From a virus (taxonomy: Duplodnaviria > Caudoviricetes): a DNA stretch of 64,000 bases. The notes beneath the pieces are model-generated. The model worked only from the letters and a program-made list of their open reading frames with translations. It did not search any database and was not told the DNA's origin. This document shows, piece by piece, positions 1 to 8,287 of the stretch; within the stretch, counting starts at the first letter, position 1, and each line of letters opens with the position of its first letter. A program made the position numbers and the translations under genes. The stretch covers positions 1-64,000 of the IMG/VR virus record IMGVR_UViG_3300031998_000008; one strand, written 5' to 3'.

Positions 1-4
1 TTAT

Positions 5-33
5 CAAACGTGTGAATTCAAAACACACGTTTG
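5..33. terminator. Hairpin CAAACGTGTG-9nt-CACACGTTTG, possible + strand intrinsic terminator
   Basis: Perfect 10-bp inverted repeat followed by a T-rich tract. Confidence 0.5.
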
Positions 34-81
34 TTTATTTTTTACATCATGGCACAATTCCACCACCTAAATATTAAAAAT

Positions 82-107
82 AAAACGCACATAAAGTGCG
101 TTTTTTT
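82..107. terminator. Hairpin AAAACGCAC-ATAAA-GTGCGTTTT, likely bidirectional terminator
   Basis: 9-bp inverted repeat flanked by A and T tracts, downstream of the 143..1180 gene. Confidence 0.6.
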
Positions 108-114
108 ATATAGG

Positions 115-135
115 TATGTGCGGATTCCGCACATA
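115..135. promoter_or_regulatory. Tight hairpin TATGTGCGG-ATT-CCGCACATA, candidate DGR target-recognition stem-loop
   Basis: Perfect 9-bp stem with 3-nt loop, 7 nt after the stop codon of the lectin-fold gene, no U-tract. Confidence 0.55.
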
Positions 136-142
136 TATTAAA

Positions 143-1180
143 TTAAAAACTGAAAGGAGAAACAACCACCTTAGCAAACGGCCTCACATAGAGGGAGTAG
201 GACTTATAACGGTAGTCGACATAGCCACTGTCCATAGACACATACCTCGCATGAGCATCAGAGTACTCAGAAGAGGACCAATAAAAGTCAGCGACAAAAG
301 CATGACCGCCAGTAAGCCCTGTTAATGAACTATTTATAGCACCTTTTCTTGGGACAACATAAGCCAATTCTCCACATGCAGGTAAATACCATTGAAGACC
401 GTTGTCATTTGTTTGGTGATAATTAAAACAATCAATTGCAGCCGTATAATATGTAAGTTCTGAATTTTTTAATATCTCTGTATTCTCAATGCCATTGAAA
501 TCAAGTAATGCATTATGCTCATTCGGATAAAAATAATCTTCGTATTTCGAACCATCATTTGCATACGGAGATGGTATATACCTTCCAGCATAATCTCCAT
601 CAACTATTGCTGTTGACCAATATGCAGTACCTGTATCACTATTACATGTAACAGCAGTAAATGAATCAGAAGGTAAAAACGCATAATCAGTAAGACTTGT
701 TGTTCCACCATCTGTGTTGTCATACTTAGTAACCATATTAAGATTTTTAAGTTCAGGAATATTCAAAGAAGTTCCTTGCTTATCTATTGACCATTGTCTT
801 GTTCCAATATCGCTCAACGCACATATTCTAACAGTTCCATCATTCAAATGGTCAGAAGGCACAACAACAACACCAACAGGATATTTTGTTCCGGTAAGAG
901 CATTATAATCAGATTTTGAACAAAGCTTTATATTTGTACCATCGTAATAACAAACCCACCCAGCTTTTATATCTCTCATTGAAATATGCTCAGGTGATAA
1001 AATGCTATCAGAATTATAATGAATACTTGGTTTTACACTACTAACAGTACCGGCTGAATCATAAGGAAACGTATCATGATATTCATTTTTCACCAATGAA
1101 ACATTCGGTGAATACATGTTATTACCATGTGCAAATGCATCATATTCGGATTTTTCATTAAATTTTTTAAGATATTTCAT
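143..1180 (-). CDS. C-type lectin fold (DUF1566/Lcl-like) protein, putative DGR target
   Basis: C-terminal WYLPACGEL...YWSSSE...YVRPF signature; start taken at MKYLKKFNE (1180), alternative ATG at 1204. Confidence 0.8.
   Translation of the reverse strand: MKYLKKFNEKSEYDAFAHGNNMYSPNVSLVKNEYHDTFPYDSAGTVSSVKPSIHYNSDSILSPEHISMRDIKAGWVCYYDGTNIKLCSKSDYNALTGTKYPVGVVVVPSDHLNDGTVRICALSDIGTRQWSIDKQGTSLNIPELKNLNMVTKYDNTDGGTTSLTDYAFLPSDSFTAVTCNSDTGTAYWSTAIVDGDYAGRYIPSPYANDGSKYEDYFYPNEHNALLDFNGIENTEILKNSELTYYTAAIDCFNYHQTNDNGLQWYLPACGELAYVVPRKGAINSSLTGLTGGHAFVADFYWSSSEYSDAHARYVSMDSGYVDYRYKSYSLYVRPFAKVVVSPFSF
146..319 (-). repeat. Putative DGR variable repeat (VR) and 3' flank
   Basis: 58 consecutive codons with no A at position 3; NNY codons at positions where a DGR template would carry AAY; higher GC than the rest of the gene. 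No template repeat seen in window. Confidence 0.7.
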
Positions 1181-1212
1181 AATAAATATTTTTTTTAAAA
1201 ACATTATATATT

Positions 1213-1221
1213 ATAAATAGT
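1213..1221 (-). promoter_or_regulatory. ACTATTTAT putative late-promoter motif
   Basis: Same 9-mer sits just upstream of several gene starts. Confidence 0.55.
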
Positions 1222-1230
1222 CTTAAAAGC

Positions 1231-1260
1231 AAAAAGGCCATACTCTCGTATGACCTTTTT
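1231..1260 (-). terminator. Intrinsic terminator after dnaK
   Basis: AAAAAGGCCATA...TATGACCTTTTT inverted repeat with A/T tracts. Confidence 0.65.
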
Positions 1261-1281
1261 ACTTTGAAGCGTATGTTATTG

Positions 1282-3171
1282 TTATTTACCCGCAAACGGG
1301 TTGTTTTTGAATGTATCAGTGAATCCACTAATGTCAAATGGATTTGGACCTTGCTGTCCACCTTGTGCTTGCTGAGCCGATTTATACATTTCTTCAGCAA
1401 TAGGATTCCAAAGTGTTTCAAGTTCCTTTTTCTTTTCTTCAACTTTATCCAAATCACCGTTTTTGACTTCTTCATGCAAAGAATCAATCATTTTCTTGAT
1501 TTCTTCTTTTTGTTCATCTGTTATCTTATCTGAAGGCATTTCTTTCATTGATTTTTCAATCCAGAACCCAAATGCATCGGCCTCATTCAATTTATCCGCT
1601 TTTTCTTTTGCTTTTTTATCTTCATCAGCATGTTCCTCAGCTTCTTTTTTCATTCTTTCAATGTCTTCATCACTCAATGATGATTTTGATTCGATTTTTA
1701 TGTGTTGTTCTTTCCCTGTAGCCTTATCGGTTGCAGAAACAGACATAATTCCATTTGAATCAATATCAAAAGTAACTTCAATTTGCGGAACATTTCTTGG
1801 AGCCGGCATAATTCCATCAAGAGTGAACATTCCAATAATCTTATTGTCACGTATCATTGGTCTATTACCATGACCAACAATAATAGTAACAGCTGGTTGA
1901 TTGTCTTCAGCAGTAGTGAAAATTTGGCTTCTCTTACATGGAATAGTAGTATTAGCCTCAATAATTGGGGCCATAACACCACCCATTGTTTCAATACCCA
2001 AAGTCAAAGGAGTGACATCAAGCAAAAGAATATCTTGCTTATCGCCACTAAGAATAGAGCCTTGAACGGCAGCACCAAGTGCAACAACCTCATCAACATT
2101 AACGTTCTTAATCAATGGTATATTGAATGCCTTTGTCAATTCATCTTGAACCTTAGGAATTCTTGTTGAACCACCAACCAAAAGAATACCAGTAATGTCA
2201 TTTGTTGAAATTCCTGCTTTCTTGATTGCTTCTTTACCAAGGTTAATAACCTTTTCAATTTCTTTGTCAATGAGTTGTTCAAACTTAGCTTTTGTCAAAC
2301 TCATTACTAAGTGTTTTGGCTGACCGTTTTCTGCTGTAATATAAGGAAGATTTATTTCAGTTGATGTTGAGTTTGAAAGTTCAATCTTTGCTTTTTCGGC
2401 TGCTTCGATAATTCTCTGCATTGCCATTGAATCTTTACTCAAGTCAACACCCTCTTTATCCTTGAAATCATTTACAATGTAATCTGAAACAAGTTTATCA
2501 AGGTCACTACCTCCACAGTAAACATCGCCATTTGAAGCCTTAATTTCAACAACATTATCTGAAATATCAGCAATTGAGAAATCAAGGGTTGAACCACCAT
2601 AGTCAACGACCATGTAAATTCCGCCTTTTTCCATGTCAATATTTGAAGCTAAAATAGCGGCAGTTGGTTCTGCAACAATTCTTCTAACATTAAGACCTGC
2701 AATTTCGCCGGCTTTCTTAGTTGCTTCACGTTGTGCATCATTAAAATATGCAGGAACCGTGATAACTGCATCTGTAACAGTTTCACCAAGATAATTCTCG
2801 GCAGTTGCTTTCATCTTGCTAAGAATCATTGCGGATAATTCCTCAGGAGTATATTCCCTGTCATTGATTTTAACTCTTGGCTGACCGTTTACGTTTACCA
2901 CATCATATTGAACATGTTTTATGTTGTCTTTAATTTCATCATAGGTTCCACCCATGAAACGTTTAATAAGTACAACAGTACCCTTTGGATTTGTAACTGC
3001 TTGTCTTTTAGCAGCATCACCTACTTTTCTCTCGCCATCTTTTGAAAAAGAAATAACTGATGGGGTTGTTCTATGACCCTCATCATTAACAATAATTGTC
3101 GGTTGATTACCTTCCATGATAGCAACCTCTGACAAAGTGCTACCAAGGTCAATACCTATAATTTTTCCCAT
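1282..3171 (-). CDS. dnaK: Hsp70 chaperone DnaK (phage-encoded, divergent)
   Basis: GIDLG, TTPSV, AVITVPAYFNDAQR, EPTAA, GGSTRIP, DVTPLTLGIET, PQIEVTFDID motifs. Confidence 0.97.
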   Translation of the reverse strand: MGKIIGIDLGSTLSEVAIMEGNQPTIIVNDEGHRTTPSVISFSKDGERKVGDAAKRQAVTNPKGTVVLIKRFMGGTYDEIKDNIKHVQYDVVNVNGQPRVKINDREYTPEELSAMILSKMKATAENYLGETVTDAVITVPAYFNDAQREATKKAGEIAGLNVRRIVAEPTAAILASNIDMEKGGIYMVVDYGGSTLDFSIADISDNVVEIKASNGDVYCGGSDLDKLVSDYIVNDFKDKEGVDLSKDSMAMQRIIEAAEKAKIELSNSTSTEINLPYITAENGQPKHLVMSLTKAKFEQLIDKEIEKVINLGKEAIKKAGISTNDITGILLVGGSTRIPKVQDELTKAFNIPLIKNVNVDEVVALGAAVQGSILSGDKQDILLLDVTPLTLGIETMGGVMAPIIEANTTIPCKRSQIFTTAEDNQPAVTIIVGHGNRPMIRDNKIIGMFTLDGIMPAPRNVPQIEVTFDIDSNGIMSVSATDKATGKEQHIKIESKSSLSDEDIERMKKEAEEHADEDKKAKEKADKLNEADAFGFWIEKSMKEMPSDKITDEQKEEIKKMIDSLHEEVKNGDLDKVEEKKKELETLWNPIAEEMYKSAQQAQGGQQGPNPFDISGFTDTFKNNPFAGK

Positions 3172-3224
3172 ACTTGTTTTAATTTTTAAAAATTATAAAT
3201 TTTTAACGACAAAAGTCAATAGTT

Positions 3225-3419
3225 TTACACTTCCATCTCTTGTCTGTCGTATTCACAATAAGGGATGTCTTCGTCTTCGTATCCGTCATTTTTCCATTCG
3301 TCATACTCCCAATCAACTTCATGCTTCATAAAGTCAATTGCATCCTTGTATTCGTTCAATGACATTATATGGTAATAATCGCCTGAGTCTGTTTTTAGAA
3401 AATAAGAATATACTTTCAT
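3225..3419 (-). CDS. Small acidic hypothetical protein
   Basis: 64-aa ORF in operon-like spacing. Confidence 0.6.
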   Translation of the reverse strand: MKVYSYFLKTDSGDYYHIMSLNEYKDAIDFMKHEVDWEYDEWKNDGYEDEDIPYCEYDRQEMEV

Positions 3420-3434
3420 TTAATTGATTTTTAT

Positions 3435-3890
3435 TTACTTATTTAAGCACTCTTTAACAATAGTGCTAATGGTTTTTCCATCTGAGCGGCTACCAAGTTC
3501 AGCAATTGCCAATTTCATAACATTACCCATATCTTTGATTGAACTTGCTCCAACCTCACAGATTATGCTTTTAACAATTGCCTCAACTTCTTCATTTGTT
3601 GCTTGTTTTGGCAAATATTCACTAATGATATTCTTTTCGCCCAATTCCTTGTTGGCTAAATCTTCCCTACCATTTGCCAAATAAATTTCAGCAGTTTCTT
3701 CTCTTTCCTTGCACATCTTCTGCATGATTTTCAATACAGAATCATCGTTGAATTCATCTTCTTTGAACCCAGGTGCCGTTTTTGCTTTCATGATTTCTGC
3801 CTTAACAAGTCTTAAAGTCTCAACTTTAACTGTGTTTTTTTCCTTTGTAGCGGCAAGCAAGTCGCTTTGAATTAATTCCTCTAATTTCAT
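3435..3890 (-). CDS. GatB/YqeY domain protein
   Basis: GREDLANKE..EYLPKQ..GASSIKDMGNVM..DGKTIS; start at MKLEEL. Confidence 0.9.
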   Translation of the reverse strand: MKLEELIQSDLLAATKEKNTVKVETLRLVKAEIMKAKTAPGFKEDEFNDDSVLKIMQKMCKEREETAEIYLANGREDLANKELGEKNIISEYLPKQATNEEVEAIVKSIICEVGASSIKDMGNVMKLAIAELGSRSDGKTISTIVKECLNK

Positions 3891-3944
3891 AACGATATAA
3901 TATTTGTTAAATACTAACATACAAAAAAAATATTTTAAAACAAA

Positions 3945-4154
3945 TTACCATAAATCGTAATCTGTAATATTTTTTTCTTCACCACATAAATTACATCTAA
4001 TCATAACACCAGTTCCAATTGATGATGGCGTAAAACAGTAAGTTATATGCCCTCCAATAGTTGTTGGATGTTTTCTTGCGCATTCCAAATGTTTTTCTTC
4101 AAATGCCTCGGAATCTTTTATTTCATTTTCACTAAGTTTGAATTCGGTTATCAT
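3945..4154 (-). CDS. Small hypothetical protein with CxxC
   Basis: FTPSSIGTGVMIRCNLCG; 4-nt overlap with upstream ORF. Confidence 0.7.
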   Translation of the reverse strand: MITEFKLSENEIKDSEAFEEKHLECARKHPTTIGGHITYCFTPSSIGTGVMIRCNLCGEEKNITDYDLW

Positions 4155-4594
4155 TTTTCGTATCTATCTTTATAATCAATCAAGTTTGACACACATTTTT
4201 CGAATTCAGAATCAAACTCTTCTTTTGTTATTATCTTTATTTTGCTTATTTCTTGTATAAGGTTGTCAATATCCATGGATGATATTTGAAGTTCGTACCA
4301 ACATGACCAATAGAAGTTTGTTGCATCATCATATCCAGTAAACTCACCATCAAATCCATGCCCAACTATGGAATATGCATATTCGACTCCATATTTTGAC
4401 CGATAAAATTTATCATCTGTCACATAGTTTACATGCACAAAATGTGTTGTTTCGTATGTGTCTGTATATTTTATATATTTATCTTCAAGATTAAGGTTTA
4501 GGCTTTCAAGTTTTTTCTTTTTTATTTCATCGTTAATTTTGCTAATCCTATCACGTAATTCTTTTTGCTCCTTTTCTAATTCTTCTATTGTCAT
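4151..4594 (-). CDS. Hypothetical protein with N-terminal coiled coil
   Basis: 147-aa ORF in same-strand operon. Confidence 0.7.
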   Translation of the reverse strand: MTIEELEKEQKELRDRISKINDEIKKKKLESLNLNLEDKYIKYTDTYETTHFVHVNYVTDDKFYRSKYGVEYAYSIVGHGFDGEFTGYDDATNFYWSCWYELQISSMDIDNLIQEISKIKIITKEEFDSEFEKCVSNLIDYKDRYEK

Positions 4595-5393
4595 TATTCT
4601 TTAATATTATTGTTTTATTATATATTCTATTCCAAATACTTGTTTTATAATCAATTTTAATTTCTGAATTTCCTGTTGTCGTTAGATACGTAACATCTTC
4701 AAGTTTTATATCATCAAGGCCATGGTGATTTATATTAACGTAAGCCAATGCACAAATCAAAGAGTCACATGCATCGAAATTCTCCTTTTTAAGCTCACCC
4801 TTTTTATTATAGACCCATTCAATTTCTCCATCATGGTATAGTTCGTTTACCATGTTCATCATTACTGTTTTCTTGTCAACATCAAATGGATATGAGCCAA
4901 ATAAAACGGCTTTATTCTCTTCAATAGCCTTTTTAACGTGTTTCAACGGGTATTCTTCACCTTTTTTATTGTATTTTCTGATTGATACGAGTTCCGGAAA
5001 TGAATATAACCTGGCATCGTATGATGATATAAAGTTAGGAACTACTTCAAGTACCCTATAAATCGCTTCTGAAATCATTCCATTAAATCTAAGCAATGTA
5101 GCAACAGTATTAACATTGTTTGATGATAACAATGGCTCTTCAATAACAACATCTGTTATGTCGAAATTTTCCAATATTTCAGGCAAGAATTGGTCTTCAA
5201 ATATTTGTTTCTTCAAGAACAATGATTCTATGCCTTTTATTTTGCTTGGGACCTTTGGCGTTTTATGCCCTATATAAAGCAATTCAGGCTTGTCACTATC
5301 TCCATTGTCTTTAACAACAGAAACACCTATGCAAGCGGTACTTATGTCTAATCCAAGTATGATTCTTGGGTATATGTTTTCTTGATTTTCCAT
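4551..5393 (-). CDS. RuvC-like Holliday junction resolvase
   Basis: ILGLDIST, VVIEEP and ENFDACDS acidic motifs; start re-placed at MENQENIY because the longer call is antisense to 5494..5892. Confidence 0.8.
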   Translation of the reverse strand: MENQENIYPRIILGLDISTACIGVSVVKDNGDSDKPELLYIGHKTPKVPSKIKGIESLFLKKQIFEDQFLPEILENFDITDVVIEEPLLSSNNVNTVATLLRFNGMISEAIYRVLEVVPNFISSYDARLYSFPELVSIRKYNKKGEEYPLKHVKKAIEENKAVLFGSYPFDVDKKTVMMNMVNELYHDGEIEWVYNKKGELKKENFDACDSLICALAYVNINHHGLDDIKLEDVTYLTTTGNSEIKIDYKTSIWNRIYNKTIILKNNDNRRIRKGAKRIT

Positions 5394-5493
5394 TAATATT
5401 ATAATTTTAATTAAAAATAGTGAAAATACTTCTTTTTGTAAATAAAATTTGGTATTTAAGCATATTTTTTGTATATAAATAAAAAAATAGTAC

Positions 5494-5892
5494 ATGTCAC
5501 ATAGCATATCAATAAACGATAAATTATATAGTGAGATAAAAGAATATTGCGATTTAAATAAAATTAAGGTTTCTTCTTTTTGTGAAGAAATGTTAAAAAA
5601 AGCCTTGAATGAGGCAAAATATGGTGATATTCCTTTTGGCCGTATAGGGGGTGAGCAGATAAATGAGCGCAAAAATGAGCAGATAAATGAGCCAAATGAA
5701 AGTTCTTCATCCAACAATGCGGTTGAGCCTGTTGAAAAAGAACCTCAATATCTATCTCCATTAGCAGCAGAGTATAAAAAAGAAACGCCTATAATTGACA
5801 AGGAAAAAGCCCAAAAGATTACTGACATGGCAATTAATGGGATAAACCATGAAAAAAATAAAAAACCGAGAAAAACAAGAGTTTTAAATTAA
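5494..5892 (+). CDS. Hypothetical protein with possible N-terminal ribbon-helix-helix DNA-binding motif
   Basis: MSHSISINDKLYSEIKEYCDLNKIKVSSFCEEML strand-helix-helix pattern. Confidence 0.55.
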   Translation: MSHSISINDKLYSEIKEYCDLNKIKVSSFCEEMLKKALNEAKYGDIPFGRIGGEQINERKNEQINEPNESSSSNNAVEPVEKEPQYLSPLAAEYKKETPIIDKEKAQKITDMAINGINHEKNKKPRKTRVLN

Positions 5893-8264
5893 TGAATAAG
5901 AAAATTGACATTGGCCAAAATGCAAAAGTTTGTATTGTTTGGCACGTACCGGCAACCGACTATTCAAAGGAAAAGGAAAAGAGCATCATTTCATTGATGG
6001 CAAAGAAGTATGGTATTTCTCCTAAGAATATTAAGGTTGAGCCAAAATATATCACTAATGGCGTTAGTGGCGTTATGGTTCCTGAATCTGTACAAAACAT
6101 AAACGACCCAAAGTTTATGCAGGAACTTTTCAAAATTTATATTGCAGAAAATAAAATAGAAGACATTGACTTCAATGAAATCATTAAGATTGACAGCCAA
6201 ATTAATTCACTTATTGATTTCACACTATATAACAAAGCAAAGAGTTATTCAATCAAATGGGTAAAGTGGGGCAACTTTCTTTCATACGGTCCTGATAACT
6301 TCTTTGATTTTACAAAATTACATGGATTGGTGTTGTTGAATGGTGAACCGGCAAATAAAAGTGGTAAATCTACATTTGCATATGACATTTTGCACTTCTT
6401 ATTGTTTGGAAAAACTAACACAGATAAGGCCAAGACCTTAGGAGAATTGTTTAACAATTATCTACCTGATGAAAGGGTTCTAACTGTTGAAGGATGCATC
6501 AATATTGATGGTGAAGACTATATAATCAAAAGAACTTTAACAAGGCCCGCTTCAGGAAAGAAAACAAAGACACCAACAAATAAAGTTGAATACTACAGAG
6601 TATTTGCTGATGGTAGCGAAGAATTGCTTTCAGATGAAAATCTGCAAGGAACGTCTGCAAAGGAAACAAGTGCTATTATTAAAGAGGCCCTTGGTAATGA
6701 AAGTGATTTTGATTTAATTATTAGTGCTAATGCAAAGGACCTTGATAGTCTTATTTCATTGACAGAAACAGAGAAAGGAAGACTTCTTTCAAGATGGATT
6801 GGATTGTCTGTTATTGAAGATAAAGATGTTAAGGCAAGGGAAAAGTGGAACAAGGAAATTTCAATTGGCCGTTATTCTGACATGTACAACAAAGTACAAT
6901 TGGAGGAAGATATTGAAAAATTAAATGAACAAAAAGTATCATTATCAGAGGATATTGAAAAGCATAAAAAGGTTATAGAAGAGTGCGACAAGAAGATTGA
7001 AGAATTTAACAAAACAAGAGATATTTTATTGTCTTCAAAGCAACAAGTGGACCCAAATTTACTTCAAGTAAATGTTACTACACTTCAAGCAAAGATTAAC
7101 ACACTTATTGAAACGGGAAAGAAAAAGGGCGAAGACCTTAAATATTTTGAATCTGAATTGAAAAAATATACGGATGTTGAGTTTTCTGAGGAAGAATATA
7201 AGAAATTAACAGATGAAAAATCAGAATTAGTATCAAAAACATCATCACTCAGGACAAACATAACCAATTTAAAAGATATGAATGTTAAATTGGAAAAGGC
7301 TGAATATTGTCCTACATGTAAGAGAAAACTTGACAATGTTGATAATTCAGGTGTTATTGCCGAAAACAAAAAGAAAATAGAAGAATACACACAGGAAGGT
7401 ATTGCGGCAAAGAAGAGACTTGATGAAGTTGAAAAGTTAATTGCTGACATAGACGCAAAGAGAAAACAGTCACAGGAAAAATCAAAACTTGAACTTAAAA
7501 TTGCAACTATTAAATCAGACATAGCGAACATGAGGGCCGATTATAAGGAGCAAGACCAACTATTGAAAGATGTTAATAAGAGCAAGGATACAATTACTAA
7601 GAATGGAGAGATTGATGCTCAGGTAAATGTTATTAACACAAACATTAGAACTGAGGATTCAATCAAGCGTTCTTCAACGACAACAATTTTCGACAATGAA
7701 AAGGAAATTTCAAGAATTACAGAAACAATTGCGCAAAAAAATAGTTTTATTGTTAAAATTGATGAAGAAAGAAAGACTGAAAAATATTGGAAGCTCTATT
7801 TACAAATGATTGGTAAGGATGGAATTAGTAAAATGGTTCTTAGAAATACACTTCCAATTATCAATGCAGAACTTAATAGGCTTCTCAGTGATGTCTCTGA
7901 CTTTGAAATAGAAATCACAATGAACGAGAAAAGCGATATTGATTTCTTACTAATTAGAGATGATATTAAGACAAGACTTTCAGCTGCTTCTGGACTTGAA
8001 AAAACTCAGGCATCATTGGCATTACGTGTTGTTCTTGGCAGATTGTCTAAATTATCAAAGCCACCGTTTATTCTTCTTGATGAAGTCTTAGGTACTGTTG
8101 CAAAAGAAAACTATGATGACATGAAAAAACTTTATGACAAGATTACTGAATATTATGACTTTATTTTGCACATAACGCATTTAACTGAGATTGTTGATTG
8201 GCATAATTGTGTTGTTACAGTTAAAAAGGAAAACAATATTTCAAGTATTAAGTCAAGTTATTAA
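5892..8264 (+). CDS. SbcC/Rad50/T4 gp46-like recombination ATPase
   Basis: Walker A NKSGKST, zinc hook CPTC in coiled coil, ASGLEK signature, Walker B ILLDE, H-loop HITH. Confidence 0.92.
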   Translation: MNKKIDIGQNAKVCIVWHVPATDYSKEKEKSIISLMAKKYGISPKNIKVEPKYITNGVSGVMVPESVQNINDPKFMQELFKIYIAENKIEDIDFNEIIKIDSQINSLIDFTLYNKAKSYSIKWVKWGNFLSYGPDNFFDFTKLHGLVLLNGEPANKSGKSTFAYDILHFLLFGKTNTDKAKTLGELFNNYLPDERVLTVEGCINIDGEDYIIKRTLTRPASGKKTKTPTNKVEYYRVFADGSEELLSDENLQGTSAKETSAIIKEALGNESDFDLIISANAKDLDSLISLTETEKGRLLSRWIGLSVIEDKDVKAREKWNKEISIGRYSDMYNKVQLEEDIEKLNEQKVSLSEDIEKHKKVIEECDKKIEEFNKTRDILLSSKQQVDPNLLQVNVTTLQAKINTLIETGKKKGEDLKYFESELKKYTDVEFSEEEYKKLTDEKSELVSKTSSLRTNITNLKDMNVKLEKAEYCPTCKRKLDNVDNSGVIAENKKKIEEYTQEGIAAKKRLDEVEKLIADIDAKRKQSQEKSKLELKIATIKSDIANMRADYKEQDQLLKDVNKSKDTITKNGEIDAQVNVINTNIRTEDSIKRSSTTTIFDNEKEISRITETIAQKNSFIVKIDEERKTEKYWKLYLQMIGKDGISKMVLRNTLPIINAELNRLLSDVSDFEIEITMNEKSDIDFLLIRDDIKTRLSAASGLEKTQASLALRVVLGRLSKLSKPPFILLDEVLGTVAKENYDDMKKLYDKITEYYDFILHITHLTEIVDWHNCVVTVKKENNISSIKSSY

Positions 8265-8287
8265 TAAAGGGTATTTTTGATGAATGA

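Noticed and set aside
329-337. ACTATTTAT copy on the + strand inside the lectin gene
   Set aside because: Intragenic and antisense with no downstream ORF; expected by chance in AT-rich DNA
4551-4594. 44-nt overlap between the RuvC-like gene and the next gene as a frameshift signal
   Set aside because: No clear slippery site or structure; most simply a short C-terminal run-on
5652-5700. Short GAGCAGATAAATGAGC duplication
   Set aside because: Two to three degenerate copies in a disordered linker (EQINE), not an array or regulatory repeat
5394-5717. N-terminal extension of the RuvC-like ORF
   Set aside because: Overlaps the divergent gene 5494..5892 and its promoter region; the real start is likely 5393
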